Part shown: one piece after another, positions 38,301-50,622 of the stretch
Layout of the letters: every line of letters begins with the position of its first letter
Numbering within the stretch: the first letter of the stretch is position 1
NCBI GenBank assembly: GCA_048013815.1
Contig: CM106586.1
Span: forward strand, 7,130,001 to 7,194,000
Direction: 5' to 3'
Length of the DNA: 64,000 nt
Source of the DNA: Setoptus koraiensis
Taxonomy: Eukaryota > Animalia > Arthropoda
Notes under the pieces: model-generated
What the model was told of the DNA's origin: nothing
Database searches by the model: none
The model's input: only the letters and a program-made list of their open reading frames with translations
Position numbers and translations under genes: made by a program

Positions 38301-39425
38301 TTAAAATGGCAAACCTCAAAGAGAGCTGCGTTACGAAGAAGTCGCTATGGTCAGCGAAGATCGTGGTCATCATCTGAAAGACTGTTTCATAGAGTCATAG
38401 AGTTGGATGAGACCGCTGAAGTCCGCAGTTCGAATTGCGAGCTAGCTGCAGCCCCGAGTATGAGGGGCTCTAGTTACGAGTTTGTAGAATTTCCAAGTTC
38501 CGATCTGAGCGATTGGCTTAAATTTGATGAAGAGTCGGGATCTATCAGTGATACTGTTCAATTACTTAAGTTGGAATTACTCAAACTCGGGACCTTAGAT
38601 AAGGATAGCTCCGTCGCTGTTGCTGAATCGAATTCTGTGCAAAGTGGAATTAATTCCATTATATGTGATCAAGTTGAAGAGAGGGAAGAAAGGGAAGAAA
38701 GTGAATTACGTCTCCAGGAAATAACTAGTCTAGCAAGTGAAAGCTCTGAGACCAGTGGCATCATTGGGCTGAATGACTCTCTGGCGGAGAAAGAAGTTTA
38801 CGTAATAAGATTGCCTCGAAAAAGAATGGATCACATGCAACCTCAAACAATTGTACCTGAGAGCTCAACCCACACCCACAATCAAATCAATGATAAAGGT
38901 CAAATTAGTACAATAAGTAATATCATATCGAGCTCATCTCTAGATAGCCAATCGATGGTGGAAGAGGATATTAATCAATCGTGGGATATGAGGTCCTCGA
39001 CCACTTGTGACCCACCAACATCCACGACAAACACTTCGACGAATACTGCAAGTGTGGTGGCTACTAGTAGCGACAGCAACAATAGCTTGGACAGCAATAG
39101 CCTGCCAAACAGCATGCAAACTAAGAACTTTGAGCCAAATGCCTTGATTATGAACCACCCAACTAGTGAGTTGTTGGATGAAAACCAGGACCACTACTCG
39201 GGTAATAGACAACTATCATCTCATGCATCAACTTCCAGAGCATCCAACAATGATGCGATCAAAGATTCAAAGCTTTGCACGGAGTTCTACAAGTCGAGAC
39301 AAATATTCGTTAAGCTCACAGAGTGTGCAGAAGGCGAAAGGTCGCCTGATTCTCCATCGTTTTCTAGATCGGACCGTAGATGGTCAATCAAGAATAAATC
39401 CGATTGTAAAAAGAGTGCCCCGTAG
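32372..39425 (+). CDS. Large Ser/Asn-rich disordered protein with coiled-coil regions, ~2277 aa, 3 exons
   Basis: First ATG 32372. Exons 32372-37595, 37716-37870 and 37971-39425 join three track ORFs in frame (GTGAGT and GTAGGT donors). Coiled-coil heptads lie near aa 870-900 and across the two splice junctions. Family not recognised. Confidence 0.8.
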
Positions 39426-39529
39426 TGCTATTTACCTCACTGTTCCTATACCCATAACAATTAAACTAAGATCAAATTAATTGCATTTGGTGTGGACTCA
39501 GCCCTAATCACAATTGTTTATTTTTTTGT

Positions 39530-40435
39530 TCACTTAGTGTCAGCCGTTTCTCTATCATGCCTTGCATCCATAGAATGAAGTTGACTTCGATATAGAGTCT
39601 GATGGGATATTCGTTTTAAATAGAGTCGATAATTTAAATAGTTCAGAACAATCCCTATGAGTATCACAGTAGCACAAGCTCTGATTATCATTTCTTGTCT
39701 TGTGAAAGATTTGTGCGGTGCGCTTCTTCTCCGTGACCAAGCTCTGTTATCCATATTCCATCGATCGTTCTGTTTAAAAGCAGATCTATTAAATTCGTGT
39801 TCTCTGTTTAAACGGTCATATACTCTATTTATGTGATTATACTGTTCCTCCATTGTCAATGGGTCCCTCCGAGAATTTCTATAGGGAGGACTGTAGCGTG
39901 GATAGGGAGGTTCATCTCTATTGAAGTAAGGGCCACTTGACGTATTATTTTGACCATGAAATTGATCGTATTGCCCCCTTGAAGCGGGTTCTTTAATGAC
40001 ATCATAGGCCTCTTTCAGGAGAATAAATTTATTATGGTCGCCCGATTCACTATTGTCCGGATGATATCTTTTGCATAATACCATGAAACTATTTTTTAAT
40101 TCTTTATCTGTACAACCAGGTTTTACACCAAGTATTTTATAGTAGTCTTTCGAACGAGAAAATTGTTTCTCTAGGGTAGCATCATATAACAGGGTGCAAG
40201 TAAGGTGTATGTGCCGGCTCTGACAATAGTCCATTTGAATCACATTAGAGGGGGACAATATGCTATAGCTGGAGAATGACCTCAACACAATAGGTGATAT
40301 GATTGACTGTGATTGTTTAGCATGATTGCGATTAGTAATAATTGCACCCTGCAATTCAAGAGATGTTTGTTGATTGCATGTTGAAAGCAGTTTTCTATAG
40401 ATATGAGCGGAGCAGCATTTGGTGTACAGACTCAT
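39530..40435 (-). CDS. DnaJ (J-domain) co-chaperone, mitochondrial type with C-terminal TM (DNAJC4/DnaJ-60-like), ~301 aa
   Basis: First ATG 40435. Basic/hydroxylated presequence, J domain KDYYKILGV...KRYHPD...FILLKEAYDVI with intact HPD, and hydrophobic IIRACATVILIGIVLNYLNY near the C-terminus. Confidence 0.85.
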   Translation of the reverse strand: MSLYTKCCSAHIYRKLLSTCNQQTSLELQGAIITNRNHAKQSQSIISPIVLRSFSSYSILSPSNVIQMDYCQSRHIHLTCTLLYDATLEKQFSRSKDYYKILGVKPGCTDKELKNSFMVLCKRYHPDNSESGDHNKFILLKEAYDVIKEPASRGQYDQFHGQNNTSSGPYFNRDEPPYPRYSPPYRNSRRDPLTMEEQYNHINRVYDRLNREHEFNRSAFKQNDRWNMDNRAWSRRRSAPHKSFTRQEMIIRACATVILIGIVLNYLNYRLYLKRISHQTLYRSQLHSMDARHDRETADTK

Positions 40436-43400
40436 AGGTGGATGATAAAATAAATAACAACTAGGAACAATCGTGCTAGATGACAACAACATTAGGTATT
40501 TTGAATAAATTTACGCTCTGAATTTCCTATATATTTATCCGGTTCATTTTCACTACGATCCTTATCCAGTTCTGTTTGGTGGCCCGCTTAGTAAGATCCT
40601 CTGATTTTGATTAAGAATACAACTCCTCTTTCTAGTTATGAGATTATTTGTTCATTTCAACAGAACAACAGTATGAAGACAAAAAACAATATCTATTGAA
40701 GGTGCAAAAGATCAGCTGACTTTGTTTTTCCGCTCGCTGGTGTTCAAGGTAATTTAGTAGAGGACTCACTGTCATTGGCATCAGTTTGGCGCCAGTTTTC
40801 GAATTCGCTCTAGTTCGGAACTAGTTCGCCGTGTTGCGGAGCGGCGGGATTTTTCGCTCCAAGTTCGCTTCTAGTGTAACTTATGACACACGTGAAATTC
40901 GATGAAACTTGTCTCATTTTTAGTACAAGAATTCTTTAACAAAACGATCTAATTTGACAATTTTCATTCACATTCGCTCCGCAGCACTACTAGTCCAGTG
41001 TTGTTGGGTATAGGACAATAACTGAGCTTATGAAAGGCTCCGTTCATATACCGGATCGCATTAGTATGAGTACAATGGCATTATAAGTTTACATACCGTA
41101 ATGCCAGAGCTTCTGTGAATCTCAGAACAAAACAGACAACAGTTATGTAAGACAAGTTATGTTACATAACTGTACAACATAACGCTGTTGTAGTTTGTAC
41201 AGCTTGAATTTAATTGGCAAATCAGAATGCGTTTTTTTATCTGCGGTTGTCTGTTAACGAGATACATACAATTCGTTTGAGATGCACACACACAAATGGC
41301 AATAAAAATAAGAACAATTTCCATTTCTTCCTTGTTAATATTGTTGGCGATTGAGAGTGATCTCGAATCATGATCATCACATAGACTGTGCGTATCTCAA
41401 CAGGTTTCATTACTCATTATAATGATGATCTAATTTTCGCTTCCTATTAACATCATTCTTCGAATGTCTGTCAATGGTAGGAGTAGGTGGTCATTATAAT
41501 CATAGCAAACCCCCCTCGCACGCCGGCTCGACCAATGTTGATAGAAATTGATTTCATTAGAAATTCAGCCGGACAGTCATCATCAAGTTTGGCGAATGTT
41601 TTGAGAGAGAGAGAGAGTGAAATCAATCAAATAGAAACACTGAAAGTTGCCTCTACCCCTTGGAGCTGATGATAGAAAGTGATTTATTGATGCAAATCTA
41701 TTACCCTACTAACTAACTGCATTACTTGTATTAGTGTGTGTGTGTGCTGCAGCTACCTGTGTGATCGAATTGATGATACCACCTCTGTTTCATTATGGTC
41801 ATTATTGTTGTTGTTACAACTATTACAGATCCAGATATACCCATCTAGACAACGGAATCAGCATGATGTTAGCCGCATGTACGCATGAATTAATGAACCA
41901 ACCAATTCTGATGGTGATCGCGTGGGTTTAGTACGCGCTCATTGTTGTTGTGGCTCACCGGTGTTGCAAATCACTAATCTGGTCTAGTAATTGAAATTTG
42001 CCATCAGTTTTAGCTGATCAATGCAGTTTCATGAAGTCTGGCAGGCAGCGCATTTGTCAATGCTAACTTGTCTAGACTCTCACCTGCTTATAATCTATTC
42101 AATATAAAGACCACTGGTCAGTTTGGATGGTGGCCAACAAAGATAGCTATCGCTTTCCACAGCTGACTCTAATCAATTAGATTAGGAGTTTCAATAGCAC
42201 AATTATCATTATTACTATTATTATTTATATATATATATCGGTTTATTCAATTCGATTTGTTGTTTAGCGCGAACAGGAAGAGGAATATATGCCGTCGGTG
42301 ATAGATGTTTAGTTTGTTGCATTTGAATATGTCAGCCAATCTGCGGTCGTTCGCTCTGTCTGTCTAGTTGGTTGGCGAGCTTTGTCCAATGTAATGCGAT
42401 TGGGAGCGCTTCGATTCATTCAAATCCCATTGAATTGGATTCTTATTCAATCACTAATGATCTGGGTCACCTATCTGGTAGCGTTATATTGTGAATGCCA
42501 GCCTAGCGAGCCTAATTTCATCACAGTAGGCGCTTTTCAAAACTGCACCACAGCTCCTCCACTGACTGATAGAGAAGCATAGAGTGATCTAACGAGAAAG
42601 TGTGTATCGGTTCGTGCATAAGCACCATTGCACCAGCCTCGTTGGCATGGGCAACAGCCAGGCTAGAAAGCCTTAGAAACAACAGGTAGGCCAGTGAACG
42701 GAATTTTACAGTGGTGCATCCATTAATGGTCAGCTGATAGCTCGTGTGCCATAGACAGTTACGATACGATGATAAGCTGAGCTTACAAGTGGTAGATAGT
42801 TGTGGGGGCTTCTTTATGAGGCTGGCGAGCTTGCAAAAGATAGTGTCAGTTGTTGAGTGTGGTGCGGTGAAAGGTGTTGTAATGGACGCTACTCATCCCA
42901 AAAGAGCCTACCTGTTGAGTGGTGAGTTTCCCAGGGAGTGCTGCCGCTGATGTTTCACTCGTTGTTGTTGTTGTTGTTGCTGTTGTTGTTGAGCAGTAGG
43001 AGAATTGATGTAGTTGCAAATGAGCGAGCGAGCGAGCGAGAAAGAAAGAAAGAAAGAAAGAATCATATAATTACTATGCCTCTCTGCTGATATCTATGAT
43101 GATGTTAATCAAGATTCCTCTCTTTCATCTTTATTTGAGTGTGCATCATCTTCGCTTGCTGCTAATGTCTGTGATCAAGACTATCCTGTCCATCTATCAT
43201 TCACCTAGCTGTTTCGTTGGTTTCGTTCGTTAATATTATTGCCAGCACACCTATTCAATTAATTCAGACAAACTAATCCCACTAATCTTTACTACACACT
43301 CATGTCTAACTGTAACTCTTATATGCTGCTCATATGCTGCTGATAGTGGCCAACAACAGGGAGTATAGTTAAACAGACAACAACAAATGGCTGAGAGTAT

Positions 43401-44714
43401 CGTTTATCGCAGTCGGCGAAGCCAATCGCGCGATAGAGCCCAAGTTTTGTTGTTTGTCTCTTCGCTTTGGACAGCACTGGCCGACGCACACTAGCCACCA
43501 CTGGCTGGCAAACACTGGCCAGGTAAGCTGAGGTATGAAAATAGATGTAGCTGGCGCAAGTTGTCATTAATGTTTGCCCGATCATTAGATGAGATAAGCG
43601 ATGCAACAAGCATCATATATATATATATGTGTATGTATATATATATATATTGTTCGCATTGAGCGGATTTATTAGCTTTTGATGGGTTAGCTGCAATAGT
43701 CACAGTTAATCCATTTTTTTCCCTAGCCGTCGCTTATTGTGGCCGCACTAACATGTGTGACTAATATGACGCATCGTACAATTGCAAAATCGAGTGTCAG
43801 ACAACCAACTGACCATTACCTGTTGCTGTGTCATACGCATGTATGTATGTGTGTGTATACTATAGAAATGAGAGGGAGAGAGAGATGTCCATGTCCAATG
43901 ATGTAATCGCCTTTCTAGCGACAGGTAACGCCAGCGCCGTTTGTTATTTGGTGTCGGCATATCTGATAATGTCATTGTTTCTAAAGTTATCAGTTTAGAG
44001 ATAGTGTGCAATAACACTATAATTATCACATCACATAGTTGTTACACTGAAAAGATGTTACACTTACGACGAGTGACGATGGTCATTTGTGTGTCTTGGT
44101 CATGCAAATGCACCACCAGCTAGAGCGATAGAACAATGCCGATGGAGATGAACTTCGGCCGCTTCGAATTGCGATTGTCGAGCGATTGTACGAAGCGGCA
44201 TATACTAGAAATTGGGACCACTATTCAACATGCAACAATGCTCTGAGAGAGTGTGTGCAGTGAAAACAAATAACAGCTTAACGGCTTAGCGGATATAATT
44301 AAAGAATAGACCGGCCAAGAGACCGTTGCAGAGGAAAGTATCATATTTTCTTTGGCCACATATACGCATGTATAAATGTGTTAGAGAGTCGGCCTACCAT
44401 TATCCCTCCCATTCATGCATCATCTGTTTATGGCACTGGCAGCATCAACAACACAGGTGAAGACGAACAACAACAGCAACAACAAGCGAACATGTGAACA
44501 AGCTTGTGCTAATTTCGATTATTACATCATTAGAGGGTGGTTATTTGTTCGGGGGATGAGAAGATTACAACTCACTTACACTGTTTACTGTTCGCTGCTG
44601 AGCTGCTGAGCTCGCCGGCTTCATGAGGGGATTTTCACACAAAAAACAAACAAGCAAACAAACAAATAAACAAGCAAGCGAACACAACAAACTGTTGTGA
44701 TCGCGATTGACTTG

Positions 44715-45288
44715 ATGAAGATGATGATGATGCGGTTGCTGTTGCTATTATTACTCCGACTGGCTGCCAACTGCAAATATGATACGGCTGCTGGTGAGTG
44801 CGACGCAAAAAGCAGCGCCACTCGACGATAATGAGCAGAATGACGATAATGGGGAGAATTATGATAATAGGGACAATGATGATAATGAGAAGAATGGTGA
44901 TAAAGAGAGACAGAGAGACAGTCATGCAAGCAGAGCAATTGCGGCATGCTCACTCTGACGCTGAGATGTCTCATTATGGCCATCAGATTGCGCCTGTTGG
45001 CCCCCCAATCCATTGTATCCAGCGGCTGGCCTTCACCCGGCTGGCCCAGATATCAGTAGTGGCGCGCTCGCTGGGATGATTCGTCGGGTTGAAGCAGAAG
45101 CAGAAGCGGATGAACAACAACAACAACAAATAATATCGCCCAGATTTGAATCACATGCGGAGGTTCGCGAAGCCAGCCGGGCCGACAAGTGGAGTCAGTG
45201 GCGATCATCAGACAATGTTGATGATACATCACCGGCAATCACTGTCATCGTGCCCATCTATCATGCTGCTCATGATGGCGATGAGTGA
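44715..45288 (+). CDS. Putative small secreted (pro)protein, ~126-133 aa, 2 exons, not in the ORF track as a whole
   Basis: Exon 1 44715-44793 (MKMMMMRLLLLLLLRLAANCKYDTAA) ends at G|GTGAGT. Phase-1 acceptors at 44986 (CATCAG) or 44965 join in frame to the ORF ending at 45288. Confidence 0.4.
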
Positions 45289-45926
45289 TAAGCGCCATTA
45301 ACACTGCCGGCCCGTTGGTTGGTTCCTTTGTTGTTGCTCGATTTTGTATCAAATTCTTTGCTCTTGTTGGGTGACTTTCGTTTAATGTATGTACGGGTCA
45401 GTTTAATGGGCTCTAATGCCGCGTAATGTTGCCTAATCACTGTGTGATGGGCGCGAGCGTCCATTGTTGTTGATACGCCGACTATAACTGAGAAAGTAAT
45501 CGGTCAAAAAGCGATCGCCACGCGATACGCCAAGGACAAAACTGTATCACCCATAGGTATCGCCCATTGAGCGCCGCAATATATTGCTGCAAACGATGCC
45601 CAAGCGGCTTATTGCTGGCAAATTAATTGCACCGGACAGCACTAGTTACCTACACACAGAGGGTGAGCTAGACAGGAAGAAACGATACTTGCCACAATAA
45701 AGTATCTAATATATGCTCGTTGCTCAATGCTGGCTCGTTGCATGTATGCTGGCGAGCTAGCGTCGGCGGCAGTTGGCGCTAGTGGTGCGTCTAAATTGGT
45801 TTTTGTGTCGGTGTTTGCATGTATCGTGAGTGTGTCGTCCGCTGACACAACAAACTGACTGATTTAGTTTTCGGCGGATCGGCGTTCGTGCTCGCTGTTT
45901 CAAGTTGTTTCGAGCGGCGTGGCGGG

Positions 45927-45971
45927 ACCTGTGGCCAGTCTGGCTGGCTGGCCGCCAGACTGGCCACAGGT
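45927..45971. repeat. Perfect 18-bp inverted repeat with 9-nt loop
   Basis: ACCTGTGGCCAGTCTGGC (45927-45944) and its exact reverse complement GCCAGACTGGCCACAGGT (45954-45971). Confidence 0.9.
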
Positions 45972-47489
45972 TGACGAAAGCCACTAGCGTCACCTACTGC
46001 AACAAACACGGTCCAGTGTTGTGTCCAGGCGACGATGAGCAGAGGAAACATACTGATTCAGTATTACTTGCTGCACCATGCAAGCAACCATTCGCCGACG
46101 CTTGACCATTGGCCATTCTTGGGCCGACTTGAGCACACACGGCGCGCATCGGCGGACAGGTGAGACGGCAGAGCGGCTTTAATGATGATGTGGTCACCCA
46201 ATGGCGAGCGAGGGAGAGAGGCAAGTTTGTCGAGGATAAGAATTTAAATGAGCCGACCAACGGACGAGAGCCTACCAACTTGGTAGTGCCGAGGATGGAC
46301 GACGAGCGAGAAGAAGAATTGCCAAACATCACAGCCGAATGATTAAAGGCGGCCAGTTGTTCGGCCGGCCGGCCGGCTCACATTGGTCTTGCCGTCCTGT
46401 CTCCATTGTCGCTGGCGTCGGCGTTGGGCCAGCAGTGATCTTGCCAGCCAGCCAGCCAGCAAGCCGCTCATATACGCAGCAGCACATGTATGCTGGCGAT
46501 CGCTGGCAAGCTCGCACACACACCGGCCAGTGGCCGGCCATCAACGGACACAGGCTGAACTTAAATAAAGTGATAGCCGGGGTTAATGAGAGTAAATTAA
46601 CTGTTTTTGTTATATTATGAATTCATTTTCCATCAAACATTTAATGAGTTTCTTGTTGTTGTTGCTGCCGTTGCCGCTGTTGCTGCTGCTGCATAATGAA
46701 ACGTTTGGCTCGCTCGGATAATTTTCTTCGCTGGGCCGTCTCGGCGCTGCTGTTCGCTCGCATTGGCGCTCGCAACGAGTCTCTTTCTTTTGGCGCTCGC
46801 TTCACTTTGGCTGATTATCGCTGCTCGTTGCATATGGCGTAAGTGTATAATATTGGCATATAATATTGTTGTATCGGCATATAATATCGTTATGTGGTCA
46901 CTAATGTAGTGCCAGTGTGTGATGTCAGTATATAGCATTAGTATGTGGTGTTAGTTGGTCGTATTAGTCGGCGCGTCGTGGCGGTTATTGCCACTAATAT
47001 ATACGAATATATATATATATATATATAAACGCGTATAAGTGTGTATAAATATGAATTTGTACATCTATATTGATCTTGTTAGCGGTTGGCGTAATGTTAA
47101 CCATAATGCAATAGTCGCGCTCGGCGCGCATTGTATGGCAAACAATGGACACATTATGTAATGATATTTAGCTGCCACTGCCACTGCAATTATGCTTGCA
47201 CTTGGTGGCAATGATAAAATCTAGTTAGCCCTCGTTATGCCGTCTGTTCGTCTGTCTGTCTGTCTGTCTCTCTTTCACCGTTACTCCATCGGCCGCGTAT
47301 TGGCCGCATATCGCCTGTGTATTACCTATGTATTATCTCTGACAATGCCAATAAGCCGACGAGAGAAATAACACTAAAAACAACATCCTTTCGCCGATCG
47401 CCTTGCATATGTTACATAATCAATCACTGGCACTGTGGCCGCTCGCACTTTGGCACTGACTCGTTTTTTTTATGCGACCCTCTCTCGCA

Positions 47490-47498
<9 letters not shown>

Positions 47499-47533
<35 letters not shown>

Positions 47534-47584
47534 TTGGAATTAGTATGTGATTACTTGTCTCGGCGCTGTTGTTGTTGTTGTTGC

Positions 47585-47618
<34 letters not shown>

Positions 47619-47660
47619 GCTGTTGTTGTTGTTGTTGTTGCTGCTGCTGCTGCTGCTGCT
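47499..47660. repeat. Microsatellites (TG)n and (TGT/TGC)n
   Basis: (TG)n at 47499-47532; (TGT)n grading into (TGC)n at 47567-47660. Confidence 0.95.
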
Positions 47661-48289
47661 AATCACAATCAGATTGGCCAGCCGGCGAGAGACGACCTCT
47701 ATATACCATTGACACACAATGGACACACTAATATGCATTTGCGATGGTCTAATGGTCAATAAAATAACTGCAAACCAATCAAGCTAAGATATATATATCG
47801 TGTTAGCGATAGTGCATGGGATAGCGCATAACAATGAGCGTCACAATGAGCGCCACAATGAGCGCCGCCAGGCCAAGGCGATCGCCCAGCGATCGCTACC
47901 GACTTTTAGAGCAGGCCGAACAGGGCACCCATGGCCTCACTGTGAACAATTATTGCAACTGTCAGTGGGCAAAATGCCGTTTGCCAGCGCTCTCTCAGGC
48001 CACTTAACACTGTTAAGTTAACAGTGGCAAACAGGCCAATAACAGTGATAATAATAAGTGACTGGCCAGCCGAGATTGATTAATATTGATCGGATCGGGC
48101 AAGAGGAGATGGATTGGCGCACAGTGTGTACACTCGGGCGCCGATTGGACGCGGTGCGCTCGGTCAGTTTGCCACTGGACGATTGTTATCGCCGTCGCGT
48201 TCCATATTCCGCTCTCCGCTCGCTTACTCTTTGCTGCTTCCCTTGTGCTCATTATGCGCGCGACCGACAGATATTCCGACAGGTACCCT

Positions 48290-48378
48290 GCACAAGCAGC
48301 CAGATATTGCGCTCGAGCAGCTAGATGTTGTGCACAAACAGGCAGATAATTTGCTCAGACAGCCAGATATTGCGCTCA
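48290..48378. repeat. Degenerate 21-nt tandem repeat, 4 full units plus a partial
   Basis: gcacaagcagccagatattgc / gctcgagcagctagatgttgt / gcacaaacaggcagataattt / gctcagacagccagatattgc / gctca. Confidence 0.85.
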
Positions 48379-49674
48379 TACGGCGAGCAGCAGACAGCAA
48401 ACAGGGTGCCGGGCTGTGTAGGAGGGCCCGCCCATGGCACACTGTTTGCCCGAGCTCGACCGGTGCCGGTGCACCGTTATGCTGTGACGCAACGGCTCGC
48501 CGTGAGCAGGCCCTGTTTGCGCTGTGCAACAGGTTTCTGCCGCGGCATCACTTTCGCTCAGTCCGCCGGCCATCCGATGGCTAATGATCCGAACGGCAGC
48601 TCGCCGGAGCTGCAGCCCGCGAACGATTGCTTGTGGTTGCGCGACAGGACGAACGCAAAGAAATGGAAAGAACGAACGCAACGAAATCGAGCGAGCGAAA
48701 GCGACGCATTCGAAATGGCGCAAACAAATCGCAACGAAATGGCGCAAACAAGTCGAAACGAAAGAGCGAAGGTGCCAGACTGTGGCTGCTGGCCCGAGCT
48801 GCGGACCGTCCGAGGCCGCTGTTCGCATTGGCACCGTTGGTCATCGTGGCGGCGGCGGCAGCAACGAGCTATCTCGTCTACACAATCTATGACGTGTACC
48901 TCTATCTATGACGTGTAGCTCGTCACAGCGTGACAGCATTGGCAACCCCAAAATCACCGGTACTGTCGTCGCCAATAACAAAGGTGACGGCCGGATCAAC
49001 GGGGCCCGACAGGCGAGCGCGTTCGTTCAGTGTTCGGCGGTAGCAGCAGCGACAGCAGCGGCAACCGGAGCGCCAGGGGTGGCAGTGGCAGTTAATTAAC
49101 TGCTCGTTTCAACTAGCGCAATCACAAGCCAGTTGTCAGTTGGTTGGGCCAAGGTAGCCGCCAAACAATCGCTTTTCAATATCATTCGAGGGCGCTGTTG
49201 GTGTTTGCGCGCGGCCGAAATCGCTGGCCGCGTTCGAGTTGACAGTGGCCAGTTGAGTGGTGAGTTGAGTCGCGGCTCGCGAGTTGCAGTTGCGCAATTC
49301 TGGCCATTTTTACCTGTTGTGTTTAGTTTTGTGTGTGTGTGAGTGTGTGTCGCTGTTGTAGAAGCCGTTGCAGAGGGAGTTTTACCTGTTGTAGAACGGG
49401 ACAAGCGAGCAGTGCGAGAGGAGAAACAGCCACCCTCACAGAGCGTTACATGAGAGCATCATTCGAGCAACAACAGCAACAACTACAGCGACAACAACGG
49501 CAACAACAACGGCAGCAGCGAAAGCAACAATAATAACAGTGATAATGCAAATATGTGTGTGTGCGCTCGTTACAGTTAAACAGCGTCCATCGCAGCGATT
49601 GGAACGATAGTGTTGCTCGGCACACACCAACACCAACGACACCGCAAACAACAGCAACAACAACAACAGCAGCG

Positions 49675-49707
<33 letters not shown>

Positions 49708-50424
49708 ACAACAGCAACCACCTGAGCAGTCATTGCGTAACTGCATCAGTGTAACGGCACCGGCAAGTCAGGTGAGCGGCAGTTATCAGCGACGAGCATC
49801 GCCAGCAACAAACAGCCAGTGAGCCAGCTAGCCAACATATGATATCATCGGATAGGTTATGGTCATTCATTAGAGCAACAAGAAGCAGGCAGAAGAAGCA
49901 GAAGTGATTGCGCAAGCGAATAGGATTATTGCGTGCCTGTCATTGGCCACTATCAGTCATCACTAGCGCCACTTAATTATTGTTATTATTATTATTATTT
50001 TTGTTTTTATTGAGAGAAGAAGAAGAAGAAGCGAAGAAGAGAAGACGAAAAAGAATCGCACACTTAGCTAGCAGAGAATCGCCCAAGCGCCCAACTGAAC
50101 CCATCACCTGTGTGCAAAAAAGTGTGCTCAACAAGCCCGCATAAAACGGGGGCCTAGGTCGTCTGTGCACGGACAACAGAGATTACATAATATACAGGGA
50201 ACTATATAGAACTACTGTAGACTGTATAGACTGTATAACACAAACAGCAAAATTGTTGGCGCCCTTTTCGCCGGCTCTGGCCAGAGCACCGTCGAGACTT
50301 CAACTATTCAATTCTCGTCCGCCGTCCGTTCGGCACAGTAATCATCAGGTGGCGCCAAAAGCCAACAGCGGCAAGCAACCACAATCAACGGCAAGCGACC
50401 ACAAACAACAACAAGCGACGCAAC

Positions 50425-50477
50425 AGCAACAACCCGAGAAGCAACAACCCGAAAAGCAACAACCCGAAAAGCAACAA
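50425..50477. repeat. 15-nt tandem repeat AGCAACAACCCGA(G/A)A, about 3.5 copies
   Basis: Directly visible upstream of the mucin gene. Confidence 0.9.
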
Positions 50478-50622
50478 GCGAGCACAACAGCGATGGACCA
50501 ACTAAACTCAGGTAAGACATGGTGAACAGTTAGAGTTGGATATTTTCGCAGACACAACCATTCAACTCGCTTCTTATCTTCACGACAAATATTAAACCAT
50601 CAAAAAAAAAAAAAAAATCACG

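Noticed and set aside
40796-40827. TTC/GAA-rich palindrome CTAGTTC-G-GAACTAG upstream of the DnaJ gene as a heat-shock element
   Set aside because: Spacing does not fit alternating nGAAn pentamers (1-nt and 4-nt gaps instead of 2).
46600-50250. Numerous 60-200-aa ORFs (poly-Q, poly-V, poly-N, THTH)
   Set aside because: Products of (CAA)n, (GTT)n and (TG)n microsatellites on both strands, with no coherent gene structure.
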